The position numbers and the translations under genes were made by a program. The notes under the pieces are model-generated. The model saw nothing but the letters and a program-made list of their open reading frames with translations, was not told the origin of the DNA and searched no databases. Below, in pieces: positions 25,854 through 40,322 of a stretch of DNA of 64,000 nucleotides. Position 1 is the first letter of the stretch; each line of letters opens with the position of its first letter. Source of the stretch: Takakia lepidozioides (lineage: Eukaryota > Plantae > Bryophyta). Location: positions 60,512,001 through 60,576,000 of the forward strand of contig CM060731.1 of NCBI GenBank assembly GCA_030704615.1, read 5' to 3'.

Positions 25854-28800
25854 TCAAGATAGAGAGTGCCGTTGGGGACGCCTAGTGGAGGAGACCTTAC
25901 CAATTGCAGGAACAGGGCTCTCCGATTCTTTAGAATATTCAGAGCCAGAAAAGCTGGGGAACAGTTTGTTCAAGAACTTCTTTGGCTTTAGAAGGGGAAA
26001 GACACTCCTGGATTTGGAGTTTTTCACAACTTCATGGTGCATGCTGCTCCGTTCTCTCTCTGCCTCAGCAATCCGCACTTTCATGTTGGCCAAGTCTCCC
26101 TTTAGCGCATTGAAGTCCTGATGCACAGCCTCCCAACCTTCTTCTGGCTTTGCAGGAGGTATTGACCCATTTGACTCAGGTAAACCAATCTCCTGGGAAT
26201 GTGGCAGCAGCTCCCGGACATTGCTTGGCAGATCACTAAGTACAAACCCACCAGTCATAGCCGTCCGTACTTGTTCAAAGAACAGCACCTGCACCTCAAA
26301 CCCGCCCACAATGTTACTCAAACGACATACAGCAGGCTAGGCTGACAATTTGTGAGCAGCACCCACCACAACATTAGAGAACTGACCGCAGGTAACACAT
26401 GGGGACAGTGATCAAGGCTTTGTGGGGCAGATCTAATGGAGGAGACCTACCCAATCGTCCAGCTGTATGGAATCAGATGATATAACTGCAGGCACAGACA
26501 AACCTGTACTGCATCCTCATTGATGAACTTTCACCATAAACTGTTACAATTCCACATTTGGGCACTGACCTGCACCACTACCCGCAGAGGGAGGCGCTCA
26601 TTCTGGGCTGCATGCATGCAGGCATCCATTGACAGTTTCTTACAGTCCATAAGCCTGCATATTTTTTTGCGTTCACTCTTTGTTAAACCCCCGTGTTCCT
26701 GCGTCATTTGACACAAACAAAATACATTCAAATGTGTCTCAAATCAACCAGCAAGGCTCCCACAAGTTTATGCCCAACGGTGCTCCATGCAGATCACCTG
26801 TGATCTGAGTAAATGAAGCCAATTTTGAAAAAGCTCCGAGTCAAGACTGTTGGCATAATGAACATGATCCCACACTGTATGACTGGAGTTTGCCTAGCTA
26901 GTTTGGGCTTGACATTTCAAAACACTTCAGTCCACAAAAAACATTGGTGTACTTTAGCATCTCCTACTCCTGACAGGGCACCAGAGAGCACACTCTGTGA
27001 CAACATACCCATCTCGAGTCTCTGCACCTCTGACCTGCTAAAAACCTTACCTTAACATCTTCCTTCAACTGAAGTCCTAACTTCCATCCGTGTCAGGAAA
27101 TCACAGCTGGAATTCATCTACAAACCACACAAACAAAAAGTGCACACCTTCAGATACATGTCAATAGCGCGGTACAATCCATCATGGACAGGGCGTGAAA
27201 AGTCAGGAATGGAGTCAGCGAGCTGGATAAACTTGGCCAAGGGCAGATTTGAATCACGTGCTATCTCAGCCAGATAGCTGTCTATCAACTTTGCCACTCG
27301 AAGCTTGGAGCTATGGGTTGCTGCCGTGGACCGGCGGCTCTCACTGCAGTCTAGATTCTCTGCCGATCGTGTCCTTCGTCTTTCAAATGGGCCTGACCGC
27401 GAATGGTTTGGGCTCATAGGGGGGCTTTGATCCTGCATCAGATAGTGCTCTAGTATCCGTTGCACCAGGTCCACATCATAGAGAGAATCATTGGCATAGG
27501 AGAGAGATGGGATCAGAAGGTCATGAAGAGAGGCCTCTTCCAGCTGCAGCCCAATGCGTCTGGCTAGCTCCATTTTGGAAGCAGGTGTTGCATTCAGAAT
27601 TGTCGCCGCCTTGAGTAGCTTGAGTAAAAAGCTACATGAAGATGTACCTTTATCAGATGGCAAGAGACTGACAACGGTCTCTAGCAGCAGCCTGTGTTTA
27701 GTTGAAGTTTCCACAAAGTCCCCTGATAGAGCTCCGTTGATCATCCGTGCATTGTCAAGTGAAGACTGTTCCTTCGACAATCCAGGCAACCACCGCATTG
27801 CATACACACGGAGCCCCTCTCCCACTAACTCTTGAGGCATCCCTTTGGCTTTCACTGCTACCATGACCCTCCAGTATAAATCAACATCCAGGTCACAAAT
27901 GTCTTCCACCCACCAATCCTTTGGTACTGGTGTTTGTCGGCGGGTTTGGATTCCATTCCAAGGGGGACTCACTGGCTCAATGTTGGAAGACAGCTCTATA
28001 ATTGATGGAGAAGAGGGTCTTGTGTATGTGAAAGACCAGTCTACCTTAGATGGATCCACCGCTGTTTTAAAGGAGATGGAGTCAATGCAGCGGCTAGTCA
28101 CCTATATCAAAGTCAATGTTCAAGGGAATGATATCAGAACAAAATTACTCTCACTAGCCATAGCAAAATGGAAGACAGTTGGAAAATAAAACTAACACCA
28201 CAGGGTGCAGGCTCAAAAGAGAGATCTGGATGCTGGGGATGACCAACAGCTTCAGCGAGATGATATTGGCAAACCTCTTGTGTGACTTTCCTTGTGCTTA
28301 GTGGGATACAATTCTGGTGACTTACCCACAGACAGTTGAAACCATTGAGCACAGCCAATGATAAGTCCTTGTGGAGTAGAAGCAAGCCCAGGTCATGACA
28401 TCATCACCTGGCAACTGAGCAAGGGTCCCAGAAGGAACCATTCAATGCCACCAAAGCATTTCACAAACCCGGAGGAGCCGGTGGGGTGTATAGCTAGGAC
28501 TTCGGACCACAACTGACTAAGCAACATTCAGATACACAGTATATGTACTTGAAGGGTTCAATGACTAACCTTCAGGTCTTCTGCCCAGGGCATATGTGGC
28601 TTACTGTTCTGCAGACAGATGATAGAATCCTTCCACCCCCTCAAGATGGAAGAGTTAAGAAATACTTCCAATTTGAAGATGAGGTTACCCTTCTCAATAG
28701 TTTCTGACATCTCCAGATACTCCGCCCCACAGCGCACAGACCCCACATTGAATGCATTCAGGGTGACCGTGCTGCCATAACAGAATTTTGCACACATTTC

Positions 28801-30488
28801 GAATGATTCAGCACCCCCAGGAAAGTCTGCAAGTGCCATTTCATCTTTCTTCGCTTCCTGAACTGACGTAAGGAGTTTTTTGAGGCAGCCACATTTTGAC
28901 ACAAGAGGAAACTGCAAAAAACCCTTCCGCAATGTTGTCAGCAAAATCAGACGATTCATTTGTTAACACCCAGGGTAAAACAGAAGAAAGGAGCTCAATT
29001 AAGTCTACAGAACATGCAAAGAACCCTTAACCTCCAGAGAGAAAGAGAAAAAGAACCAGGGTACCTTGTGAAGCATAAATTTATGGTTATCAACCTCCAG
29101 TGTGATATCACTTTCAAGTTCTGATGTCACTGACCTGCAAATACCCACATCCGCCAAAACCCCTATCACTGAATACTTCATGTGTGTGCACGCAAGTGAG
29201 CAAGAGATTATTTACTGTAGCTTCATAAGAATGAAGGCCATTCCTGTGAATGATGGCTTGCCAGAGCGCTTCATAAGAGAGAGAGGGAGAGAGAGAGAAC
29301 CACAGCTACTCATGAGACACCTGACCAAAGCGGTCTTCCCCAGAGATGACTCCAGTGAAGGTCACTCGAGTTGCTAACACACTCAACCAGCAATGCCTCT
29401 GGAGATTTGTTGGTTCAGTCTGGCACCAAAAGTTAATTTAAGCCTTTCCACCAAGGCATGCTTGCTGCACTGGAAGCTTGGAGAGAGCAAGAAAGCATGC
29501 AAGAAAGAGGAAACTGTACATTGTCATCAGCAACCTCAAAGAGCTTATGGGACAGTATCAAGATATTCTCAAAAGTGGAAAGTTTTAATACATATCAGGT
29601 CCAAGCAATGAAACCCTTGAGCAAGGCCATGGCTGTCCTGGAAATTTTCATAATGTCGCGCAAGTGGTCAGTACCCTCTAGGTTGTCCAATGTACCAGTC
29701 TCAATCCACAGGCTGTGTGAGGATGTCCTGGACCTTCCAATGCTTGTAGAAAGGAGGGAGATGAGAGTGACAGACTGGTACTTGGTCTGTAAGGTTTTAC
29801 TGTTTCAGTGTTACGATACAACTGCAGCTTTACTGTAGGATTCTCAGGTTCCCAGGTCCGCTCAACATCAGCTCCAGTCCAATAGGCTTGTTGCGGTCAT
29901 GTTTGGAAGGTGCTTCCAAGCCTTCAGAATTTAGTGTGTAGCCCACTGCATTGTAGAACTCCATGAAGGCTTATTGCAAATAGTATTGCGTCTGTCCACT
30001 ATTTTCACAAATCCCTCAAGGTTGAAGCAAACCTATCTTTCACTTGTACATCAATCAGGTCCACCATCCAGTGTCCAGAAAGTGGGTGGGATTATTAAGG
30101 CAATGTTTCCGCTAGCAGACAGACCTTCCGAGTCAACCCAGCCTTGACCCCACTGTTCGATGTCACCAAGGCGAAAATGAGGTTTCTGGAATATGCGCTG
30201 AGTCAGAATACAAACACCAGGAAGGAGCTGGTCCTCAACTAAAGCAGCCATGCATGAAGTACGAATGCGCCGTGTGGTGATCATCATCTCCTCCAATGCG
30301 AATACAGTAATCGAAACTCAACTGAAACTCAGAGAGAGGAGAGAGAGAGGTCATACCACGTACTCTTCCACTCATACCTCTCCGACACCTATGTGTATGC
30401 TCCAAGGGTCTCTAGGTTTGCAAACTTACGTGATATTTCCCCGAGTCTGAAAATTGTCGGGCTTTGATCCCAGTTTCATGAACTTCAT
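25854..30488 (-). CDS. BTB/POZ-NPH3 domain protein (NPY/MAB4-like), 6 exons (30430-30488, 29065-29134, 28570-28911, 27148-28101, 26570-26698, 25854-26288), about 662 aa
   Basis: Motifs [101 protein letters not shown], a coiled coil and an RHSLS* C-terminus. Exon phases are consistent. Confidence 0.95.
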
Positions 30489-33400
30489 TGCGGCGACGTG
30501 CTACTGCCGATGTTGCCCGCCGCTTTGCGCTCTTGTTCCTACCTCGCCCTGATCAGCATCGTCATCCTCCCTGATGTGAACACACTTTGAGTACACCCAA
30601 CCCAGAAGCTGTCCAACTCCTTCGGTGGATTTCAAAAGCTACCTCTACTACCGTAAAAGTCGCCAAATGCACACTCCATCACCGGCACTCTCTGTAAGGT
30701 CTCAGCCAACTCCATTGAGCAAGAAGAGAAATATCAAGAAAAGAATAGGCCCTCCTCCCTTTAGGCCGATCCTCCATGACAGAGCCAAGTTCTCTTCATG
30801 GAACTCTCCCCGCCACCATATGCCATGCTTCGAGCTGCTCCTCGCCCAATGCTTCTATAGCGGTTGTTGTGAACCCTAAGCACTACTTCTGCTTCTACCA
30901 ACCTTTCCAACGTCGATGAGGGTCTGATCAGAAAGAGCACATCCAGCAAAGCGATTCTGCATAAACTAACCACCGCAGTCAGTTGATTTCCACGAGACCT
31001 TTTTGCAAAGTGCTGCCATGTGTGAAGGGCTGCATCTTTTTTCTTCTGTGAGTACTCTACCTGATCACACCCATTTCGGGACTTAAGCAGCCCAGATGGT
31101 TCCTAGAATCGGATACAGTGAGATAATCCTCCTTGACCCACACGGCCACCAAGCACCTGCTGTTCTTGTTGGGAATGTACGACCCAGGTCTTCGAAAGGA
31201 CATCAAATGGACCCAGGAAGGTTAACTCCCGAGGTGAGACGCTCTATGCCTCGGCCTGAGCTATCTTCTGCTTCGAATTCCGACCACTTCACACACCATG
31301 GCGCCATACGCAGAGTCTGAGTATCTTGCTTCTAGAAAATGCCAGCTAGTTCACGTTGCCTGCTCTCACATACCCCTAACCATATCCAATCAACGAGCAC
31401 ACTGCATGTAGCTCCTTTCACAGTACACTGACAGACATCTGCAACACATTTGTACGCATTAGTATCAAGGTCCACACAATAAGCTCTACTTCCCAGCTCA
31501 TACAGGTGGCTACATCTCCTTCGAATCCAGCTCAGAAATGTAGAGAACCCAGTGACTCAACAAGAAGAGTGAAAACCCAGGGGGTCGGGGAAAGGGAAGC
31601 GGTGGTCTGGGCAAGTGAGCAGCTAGTGGACCCCAAGGAAGGATCTCTGCGAGCTTCCCATAGTTATGTAAGGCTTTGGAAATCAAACGTGGACCCTCTC
31701 AGTCCAAATCTACCTAAACCCATATTGTGCACACGGGGTGATCTCCCCAGCAACGGAAAACGTACAGCTGGAGAGACTGGTTAGCTGCCTTATGACAAAA
31801 CGGAGAGGAAAGGAAAAGAAAGACGGCCAGGACACACCGCGTGGGCCAAACGGGACGAGTGAGCGTGGGGTGGTCAGATGCCTGCCACATTCTCGACTGC
31901 CATAACCAACGGGGTTGTGGGATTTCCGTTATCATCTCCCCTTTTGTTGGTGGGGGCGGGCCGCCAGCGTGGCCGCTGTCCGATCCACATACCCTCCACA
32001 ACTCAAGCTCAGCACGACACATACTTCCAAGCATCCATAGGTATCTATGCTCTCGTACCAAATTACATGTGGATTGATGCGCTCTCTAAGAAAGGAAGAA
32101 GAGTTTCTAGCAATCCTTTACTATTGCTAAGATGGCGTAAGTGGTTGACACTGTGGACTACGTCAGCTCAATGACGCTGGAAAGGGGAGTGAGATTTGAC
32201 CACTACCAATCAAAGCTTCTGCGGATAGCAGGCATTCATGAGCCTCACCTCTCCAGAGTCCATTTCCCATCTGCCTTTCCCTCCCTTCAAATTCTTCTAT
32301 TATATCACGTGAGCAAGTTAGGACTTTGCGAGGATTCAGCCAAAATTGTCCCGGATGTAAGCAATTTTTTCCCAGACTTAAATGTGTGCAGTTATGGGTC
32401 CCTTTGGATCCTCAGCATCAAGCGTACAGGGGCTTCGAAGGGTAGCTTGATTGTTGTTGTTATGACTGTGTCCCATGTGCGAAGCCTTGGCATCATTCGT
32501 TCATACAATTATGCACACACAGTTCTATATTTTTTGCAATCGCTATTGGATGCTCAGGCCCAGTATAACCGCCTCATCATGCATCTCCTCATGAGCATTG
32601 AATATGAATGATATAATAAGCCGCCCGTGTCAGACAGCAACAGCAAAGTCACTGCACCTACATAGCTACTTAGCTGGGCGGCAAGCGAGCGAGGGAGCAT
32701 GACTCCCCCATGCTTCAACTTTCCATGGGATGTGGCCCGTGGGGCCAACAAGCCCTTGATGTTGCCACTCTGCAGCTTTTGCTGTTGAACTTCTTTGGCA
32801 CTCTTCTTCTTCGAGGTATCTCCTTCTCTCTCACAAAGACAGAGAGAATCACAGTACAATATACTGCGGATGGACTCTGAAGGGAAACCTTGGTTTGTCT
32901 TCAAGTGTGGAGTGATGTCACCCACTGGAGCAGACTTGCAATAATATGGTACATAAGTGAGACAAATCTGGTTTCCTACAATCCAGGCCTGCAATCACTC
33001 TCACTCCAGAGCAAAAGACCTGGAATCCTCGCAGCAATATGTGTGGCACAGTAATCTATGGTTTCTTCAAACAGGCTCCAAAGAGAGATAGGAATTGAAG
33101 AGAGGTAGATGCCACAGTGCCATCAACACTGCAAACTAAACTAGAGGGAGAAAGTGATATGTCATTGTTACAGTGATTCACTGCCTTCATCCACATGCAC
33201 CTGTCTGTGTGCTTCTTTTCCGTAGTCGTTTTCCGGCCCATTGCGGTTGGCTTGCCAGCCATCCCGGTGTCGGAATATGAGGCTATCCACCACACTGGGT
33301 GGTCCAAAAAGTAGAGCAACTCCAAAAAGAATTTGCAACCGAGTCGTTGTAACCGACCAGGCCTTGCTGTCGCTTGGGGGACAACCCACATCACAATCCG

Positions 33401-33959
33401 CAACGCGGCCTTTTGTCGCCCATTTGTCGTACATCACGCAATTTGTTTGGAGGCGATGGAGGTGTGTGTGGCACCGGATGAAACTAGACTCCAATAATCA
33501 ACTGTGTACAAACCAGGCATATACAGTGACGAGTGTAGGAATGTAAGTAGGTGGGGAACGAACTGTTGTTGGATAATGGTAGTGGGTAACGGTGGTGTGG
33601 CATATTGGTGCTCAACTTCCGGCCGGCCGACTGTGGCACTTAGCTTCAAGCAAGTGTCTTGCATGTATAATGTACAAAATGATTGATAATAATGCAAAGA
33701 GTCACAAGACACTGCCTTATTAGGCCTAGTCCGCAAATAGACAATGGAATCCTGATTATGAGTCAGTTTCTTTTTCTTTTCTAAAGTTGGTTTTTCCCAG
33801 TCCTTGGGCACGAAGGACACTACAGGCATTTTGAATTGTTCTTTAAGGGGAAATTGGCAAGTAAAGAGCAGGAAAATAGATAAATCTCAGCTAATAGAAC
33901 ACCTCGGGCCACATATAACGACTCTAGATCAATATAGATGTGTGTGTGAGAGAGAAAGA

Positions 33960-34115
33960 TAAAGTTTCTTTAACGTCCAGTGAATTTACAGAGCCTACTG
34001 CTCAACACACAAGCCATCGAGGGCCCAATGGATGGTCTGAAGGCACATGTTGAAGGATTGAACCCAGAATCACCTAGGTTATGCACAGGCAAGGCACAAA
34101 CACCCAACCACTGAG
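33960..34115 (-). mobile_element. Putative tRNA-derived SINE (family B), near full-length, inside a (GA)n tract
   Basis: Minus strand shows A-box-like CTCAGTGGTTGG and B-box GGGTTCAATCC (34055-34065). GAGAGAGAAAGA flanks it on both sides (33948-33959 and 34117-34128). Its head and tail recur at 53920-53972 and 53455-53498. Confidence 0.65.
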
Positions 34116-37030
34116 AGAGAGAGAAAGAGAGTTAAAAGATTGATTTGGGTGGTATATGTTCATAATCATTACATACCCACGGTAATTCCTGGACCACTCT
34201 AGAATGAACAGGGCCGAATGAAATGAAACTGCTCTACATACCCACGTTATCAGTGGTATATGCTTCACTCAAGGATGTCCAACTCAAAGGTCAGATTGCA
34301 CTGATATCAAAGTGATGGACTTTGAACGGGCACAATTGATTTAAAACAAGCGGCTAGCTGCGTATGGCTCCTCTTTGTGAATAGCGAAATCTACTTTCAT
34401 CCATAATAAACTTGAAATTTTCTTCATAAATTGTTCAATAAGAGAGATGTTTACCTAGAGGCACTTCATAAAGTAGTTTTCAACAAAGGAGAGGAGGTGA
34501 CACCTGGGGAAGGCACAGAGGGGCTTAGCGATTTTTGACGCTGATGCAGAGTCTCCAATAAAATGATGCCTTCCGCAGGAAACGTAAATTACTGTGGTGT
34601 CTCTTCATCCCCGAGGAACAATGGTTTGAAAACTATGTCACATCCAACTACTACCTAGGTGCAGTGGAGTGGAGCAAGCTCTTTGACAATACATAAGGCC
34701 ACGTTGCTCCTTCATGGATGATAGCGAACACAAGTCTAACCAATCCACTGAATTAAAAAAAGGGGTGATTGTGAATGAGAGGGACAAATGTACCCGCCAT
34801 GTGTCCTCTCTCAGTACTTCCTCATACAGCATACAATATCTATAGTTTCAGTTTGTGCTTATATATATATGACATCCCTCTCCCAGGCTTGCTGGTACTG
34901 CCTCCCTTTCAGGGGTGCACTTGGTCTCCATTATTTTGATAATTCCATTGTTGGACGGGTATAGTCTTAGACGATTTATCCCGTGGGTATCAATTAGGAT
35001 ATAGTTGACATATCTTGAAGAGTGGGAATTGGAAGCAAGTTAGGAAGTAAGTTGGGAAGTAAGTTTCCCTTTTCTTTTTAAAAAAAAGGGGATATTTGTT
35101 TTCTTGAAAGGATTCTCTTTAAACTACTATAACCAGCCGGTGGGTGTAATTCTGGGTATTTGAATGTATTTCCCATTGCCTACATTGGGGCTGTAGCCCA
35201 GCGTTGTTTGCATCTTTTGGCATCTGGGTCTGGAGGGGTTAGTTTGCCCCCTCAAGTGGTAGACCCGGCAGCCTGTATATTCAAATCTCAAAACATCTGG
35301 TGCATTTGTAAAATATTGGTACACGCCCAACACCTGTTGTTTCTTGGTTCTCAGCACGGTTGGTGGTTGGTGGGTAGCAGAGTACTGCCATCCATGTTTT
35401 AGCGAAACTGAGATTTACTATTCATTCATTATCCTTCTGAGCTCTTAATTTTGATTACATCAATGTATTTTTCAGGCCTCTTTTTTTTTCTTTTTTTTTC
35501 TTTTTTCTTTAATGATGGGATAGTAGCCCTCAAAAATATATTGAAGGTAAGGAAACAATAACCTTACAAGGGCCCTCTTTTTTACTTGTTATTTTCATGT
35601 CCTAGTAGTTTGAGCCACTTAAATATCAAATTATCTTTTATTAGTCTATATATCTATCATCATATTTATATAGTATTGCTCAGCCTTTCAGCAGCATTTA
35701 CCGCACTATTTATTCAATATAAAAAATTAAAGGGAAAAACAATTAATGTTAATTATTGTGTGAAATTTTCTATCTTCAGCCATTTATCAGCCACTTACAA
35801 ATGTCTTTCTAAAGCCTCTGTCAAGTTTGGCTCTATATATATTTCAATTAACTTAATGATGTCCTTTCTCAGGTTGGGAGCAAATGTAGGCAAATATCAA
35901 TTGGACCGGTAGATAGGGTCAGGCCGGGTATCAACTAGGGTGTTAAGGAACCAACCCAGTTGGTATCTACTTTTGTAATACTAGGATTAAAATTCGGAAC
36001 CCTTCGTATTGGCACTTGCAATACCTAGGTCAATACCCTACCTAGGCTTGGTATTGGCAAAGGCAATACCCGAATTAGGGGTAAAAAGAAGGACAATGCA
36101 TATGGTATTAATATCAACCAATGTTGTGCAAGTGCATATCGAACCCACCACATGCTCTTTCCTATTTCACCCAACACCTTCAAGACCTTGCAACTCCTTG
36201 ATCAAGAGTTTTTCTCTATTTAAACACAAACATGATGGATGAAAAGAATCTTTGTGCAATGAGACTTGGAACCGATTTTCCTAACTGATCACACTTGATT
36301 TGACAAAATATGCATATGTAATGCAAAGGGCTTTTGCAACATTTTTATTTTCTTTGAGACACCAGGTATACTTATAAGTTGCCCCGTACTCAGGCTACCA
36401 CTTTAAACTAAATTAAATTAGATTATTTATACCTGGGTTGATAATCCGTTGGTATTACATTGAGAATTCCACTGCAGTGATAGATGTGCCGGAACTTAGT
36501 TTTTTTGAAGTCCAATGTCAAACTTCAGCCTCCCCCGTCCCTTCCCACCTCTACTAGACGACATCATATATGCAGCACACTCGCAACGCTATGGGAACGT
36601 ATGCAGTTATCTCTCACCCTTAACATGTTGGTTACTGGAGTACTGATTGTTTTGTCATTGACAACTAGTCTCTTGCATGTGCAAGAATCCTGCTTCCCCC
36701 CACTACCCGTTCTCTATTGGTAACACTGTTAATGTATTTATCTCCAGATTCACTGAAAATTCATTTGCACCTCCCGTCCTTCTATTGAGATCCTCTTGAG
36801 CCCAAGTCTTGAGATTCTCTCTATGGCTATGATCTCTCACCTCCGCCCCGGCTTCTTTAATTGCCTTGCAACTTGTTTGTGCTCTAGTTATGCAGCTCCA
36901 CTACTTCTACTCAACTATCAGCCGTGGGGTTGTTTGATTTTGTGGCGTCTCGTCTGGCCTGTTGTGCTAGCCTCTTGACTGCTTATGCGCGTCTCTCTTG
37001 TCCTCTTCCGGCAATGCCGCCTCTTAAGGT

Positions 37031-37681
37031 TGTCGGGGGCTGAACGACCCTTGAGTGTGTAATTCACTCAAGAGAGCGGATTAAGCGCTCACTAAGTGGA
37101 GCCCCCATAACCGGGTCGCAATACCAGCTGGGGCTCCGAGTGGGGTGCTCGTAGCATAGACAGTCGTGGGGGTGACATAGGACTCACCATTTGGGCTGAA
37201 GCCTTATGGTAGGAGTCATGGGGAGTCTTGGGACTCACCACGGTCCAATAGGGTCGTGGTGGGTGGGCCAAGACTCACTGTAACTTATCACAAAGAGTGG
37301 AGACTATGGTGGTTCATAAAAAAAAACCTTGGGCTGTTTGTGAAACCCACCGATAATCACATAAGTATAACATATAGGGAGTAGTAACCCCGAGAACAGT
37401 GCAAGCCCGTTAAACGACCAAAGCTAGTGATGCAAGTGAGCGAGCCGAAAGCGACCAAGTGGGAGGAGCTAGTTGGGACTGCCTACAACCATAGGTAGGG
37501 AATTCCCACTTAGCCCACTTAGTCAAGGATTGCATGGGACTAGAGCACCAGAAGGACTGTTAAGCCCTGGTGAGCAGCTAAAGCTCCAAGTAACCTAGCG
37601 GTTAGTTTGGGAGTTAGGCGCACGCATCAAAGTGAGTAACTATGACTTGAAATGGAGTTTACCGAAGTGATATGCGCAACA
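37031..37681 (+). mobile_element. Solo LTR related to the LTRs of the adjacent gypsy element
   Basis: TG...CA termini. Long shared blocks with 39597-40320, e.g. GGGGTGACATAGGACTCACCAT, GGGTGGGCCAAGACTCAC, GGAGTAGTAACCCCGAGA, GGGAGTTAGGCGC.CGCATCAAAG and TTACCGAAGTGA. More diverged than the LTR pair, with no PBS or coding sequence next to it. Confidence 0.85.
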
Positions 37682-39596
37682 CAATAACAACATCTCGCTG
37701 AATGTCACCAGAGGCTATGACGATATGCACCTCTTTTGTTTTGGCTTCAGGCCCTTGACAGTAAAGTGGAACAAATCCGTCGGCCTGCTCTCTGAAATCC
37801 CAATTTCACCCGCGTTGCAACATTATTAGCCTTGGGAACTGGACTTGGGCCTTTGTTGGCGTCCCGTAGGGACTTCTCACATGCCAATGGGCTTTCAAAT
37901 TGGCATTGGATTGATATAAGAGCAACATTTTGAACCGGTCCTGCTGAAGTTATGCAAGAAGCTCTCCTTTTTTAAGCTCTCCTTTAACTATGCTCTCTAA
38001 GCCTTTGTCTTGAACCAGATTTTGATGGCTTCAATTTGGTTATCTGCCTCTATTTGGTACCCTGGCTCCAAATTGGTTGCTAAAATTGAAATATCGTTGA
38101 TCAGGAACGTCCTTTGGGGTGTTATGCCAAACTCGCCCTTTCGTAGAGTGCTGGTGTCATGGGCCCAATATTGTAGAACAAAAAGAGAAATAGGGTTAAT
38201 TGGCATTCTCGATCCTTGTCTTGAACCAGATTTTGCTAGCTGCAATTTGGTTCTTTGCGTCTGTTTGGTACCCTGGCTACAAATAATTGGTTCCTAAAAT
38301 TAAATCATTGATCAAGAACTTCATTTGGGTTGCTACACCAAACTCGCCCTCGCATAGAACGCTGGACCTATCATGGGCGCAGTTATGTAGACCAATAAAA
38401 GAAGGAGGGTTGGGCATTCTCAATTCCGAATCTCAAATCAGATCTCTTATGGCTAAATGGCTTACTCAATCCTTTGCCCAAAGTGAAAGCCCATGGTGCA
38501 AACTAATTAGGCCACATTTGAAGTGTTCATCCCCTCTCTCCTTCCGTTTTTGGGCCCTTCCTCGAAATGGCTAGTGCATGGCAGGACTTCACCTCAAAAT
38601 GTTGGGCTCCCCTGCTTGATCAATTTGGTCTGCATGGCTTGCGGTGCATCCTCAGTTCATTTAGCGTAAGGGCCCTCTGCTTTGAAGAATCCATATGACA
38701 ACCTTTGTTTGGCAAGCTAAACTTGGACTTGGAAGCTCGTCCAAAAGAAAATTGGCCACGTTGGAAGCTCATCATTCATGGCCTTGCCCATGTTTGCAAA
38801 TTTTTGGGAGAACGGTGGCATCCTTGGGCTTCACGTACTCTCCAGCTTAGTCTCTACTGACTCGATCTAGGCTGGCTAGGACTCAAGTAATGATGGAGTT
38901 TCTTTCTTGATATCGCCATTATTGAGAGATAAAAGTGGCACTTTCAGTCTACCCTCCTTTTTTGGGATCAATGTTGGCATTGATAAACACATCTTTTTAA
39001 CGATATCCGTGCTAAGCTTTTTCAATCAGAGTGATAGACATGCGCTTAGGGAATACTGACCCTCTGCCCCTATGGGCTTGGAGATTGACTGGGCACAACA
39101 CGCCTCGCTTTCCTCGTTCCTACGTTTGCCATTGCAAGGATTACAATTTGATCCTACGGAATGATCTTTATGGATCCCTCATAGGCCACCTTCTTTGGTT
39201 ATTCTGTCAAAATTGAATATTGTCTCTTTCTTGGTCCTGCTAGCTTTACAGCTCAAAAAAAATGGGATATTCGCAAATGGGTTCAGCCTGAGGGCAGGAC
39301 CGACTGGAAAGTTGTCTGGAAAGACATATGGATGAAGCACTGTATTGCTAAGTTAAAGGATTTTTTATGGAATCACCCAACAGGATCCGCCTGGTGGCTG
39401 CTTTCTACACCAATGGTGCTCCCTCGTATAAACGGTGTTCAAACAACGCCCATGAATCAATCCAAACATTGTCTTCTCCTTCGCCACCTTCCAACCAATA
39501 ATATCTAGCCACTCATTGCTTCTTTCCCCTTCACTGAGCACAATTCCTAAACATGTAGAATGGCTCACTTTGGGGCATCTATCCAATCTGAGTTGT

Positions 39597-40320
39597 TGTC
39601 GCGGCCCGTTGCCTTGAGGGCAGGGGGTCGAGACACAAGAGGGGCTGCCCCTGTGGTTGGGGCAGTGGCAACAATAGGTACGGGGGCTGAAGCACTCTTG
39701 AGTGCCCAAGGCACTCAAGGAGGCAGAGGCGCTCACTAGGTGGAGCCCCGCACACCGGGTTGCAGTGGGGGTGGTTCCACGGGGGGTGGTGGTAGCTTAG
39801 TGGGTCTCAGTGGGGGTGACATAGGACTCACCATGGGGCGGAGACCTTTGTGGTGGGAGTCGTGGGGAGTCTTGGGACTCATCACGGTCCGATGGGGCCG
39901 TGGTGGGTGGGCCAAGACTCACCGCGATTCATCACCGGGAATGGAGGGTCTTCGTGGTGGTTCGCCATAAAATGACGGGGTTGTTTGTGAAACCCCCGCG
40001 GAGAGTCACAGAAGTATATATAGGGAGTAGTAACCCCGAGAGTGCAAGCCCGTTGGTGACCAAAAACTAGTGAATAAACGTGCGAGCCGGAAAGCGACCA
40101 AGGTGTGGGGAGCTGTTCCGGACTGCCATCAACCAAAGGGAATTTCCACTAGGCCCAAATTGAGAGAGGGTCTCGTGGAGGAGTAAAAGGGGGACCGTTA
40201 TGTCCCGGTGAGCAGCCGAAGCTCCGAGTTGGCCCGGCGGCCAGTTTGGGAGTTAGGCGCGCGCATCAAAGCGAATAACTATAACTTGAAGGTGAGCTTA
40301 CCGAAGTGAGGTGCACGACA
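39597..40320 (+). repeat. 5' LTR
   Basis: Direct repeat of 45873-46595 with TG..CA ends and short terminal inverted repeats; followed by the PBS. Confidence 0.95.
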
Positions 40321-40322
40321 TT

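Noticed and set aside
29135-30429. Possible alternative coding exon(s) in NPH3 intron 1 (e.g. ORF 30051-30296)
   Set aside because: No homology, and the canonical exon 1-exon 2 junction is already in phase. Cannot be supported without transcripts.
31000-33830. Several 90-156 aa ORFs upstream of the NPH3 gene
   Set aside because: No recognisable domains, overlapping on both strands, often non-ATG starts. More likely 5' UTR, intron or promoter DNA.
35428-35446. miR390-site-like TTATCCTTCTGAGCT (TAS3)
   Set aside because: Imperfect, single site, and no tasiARF sequence nearby.
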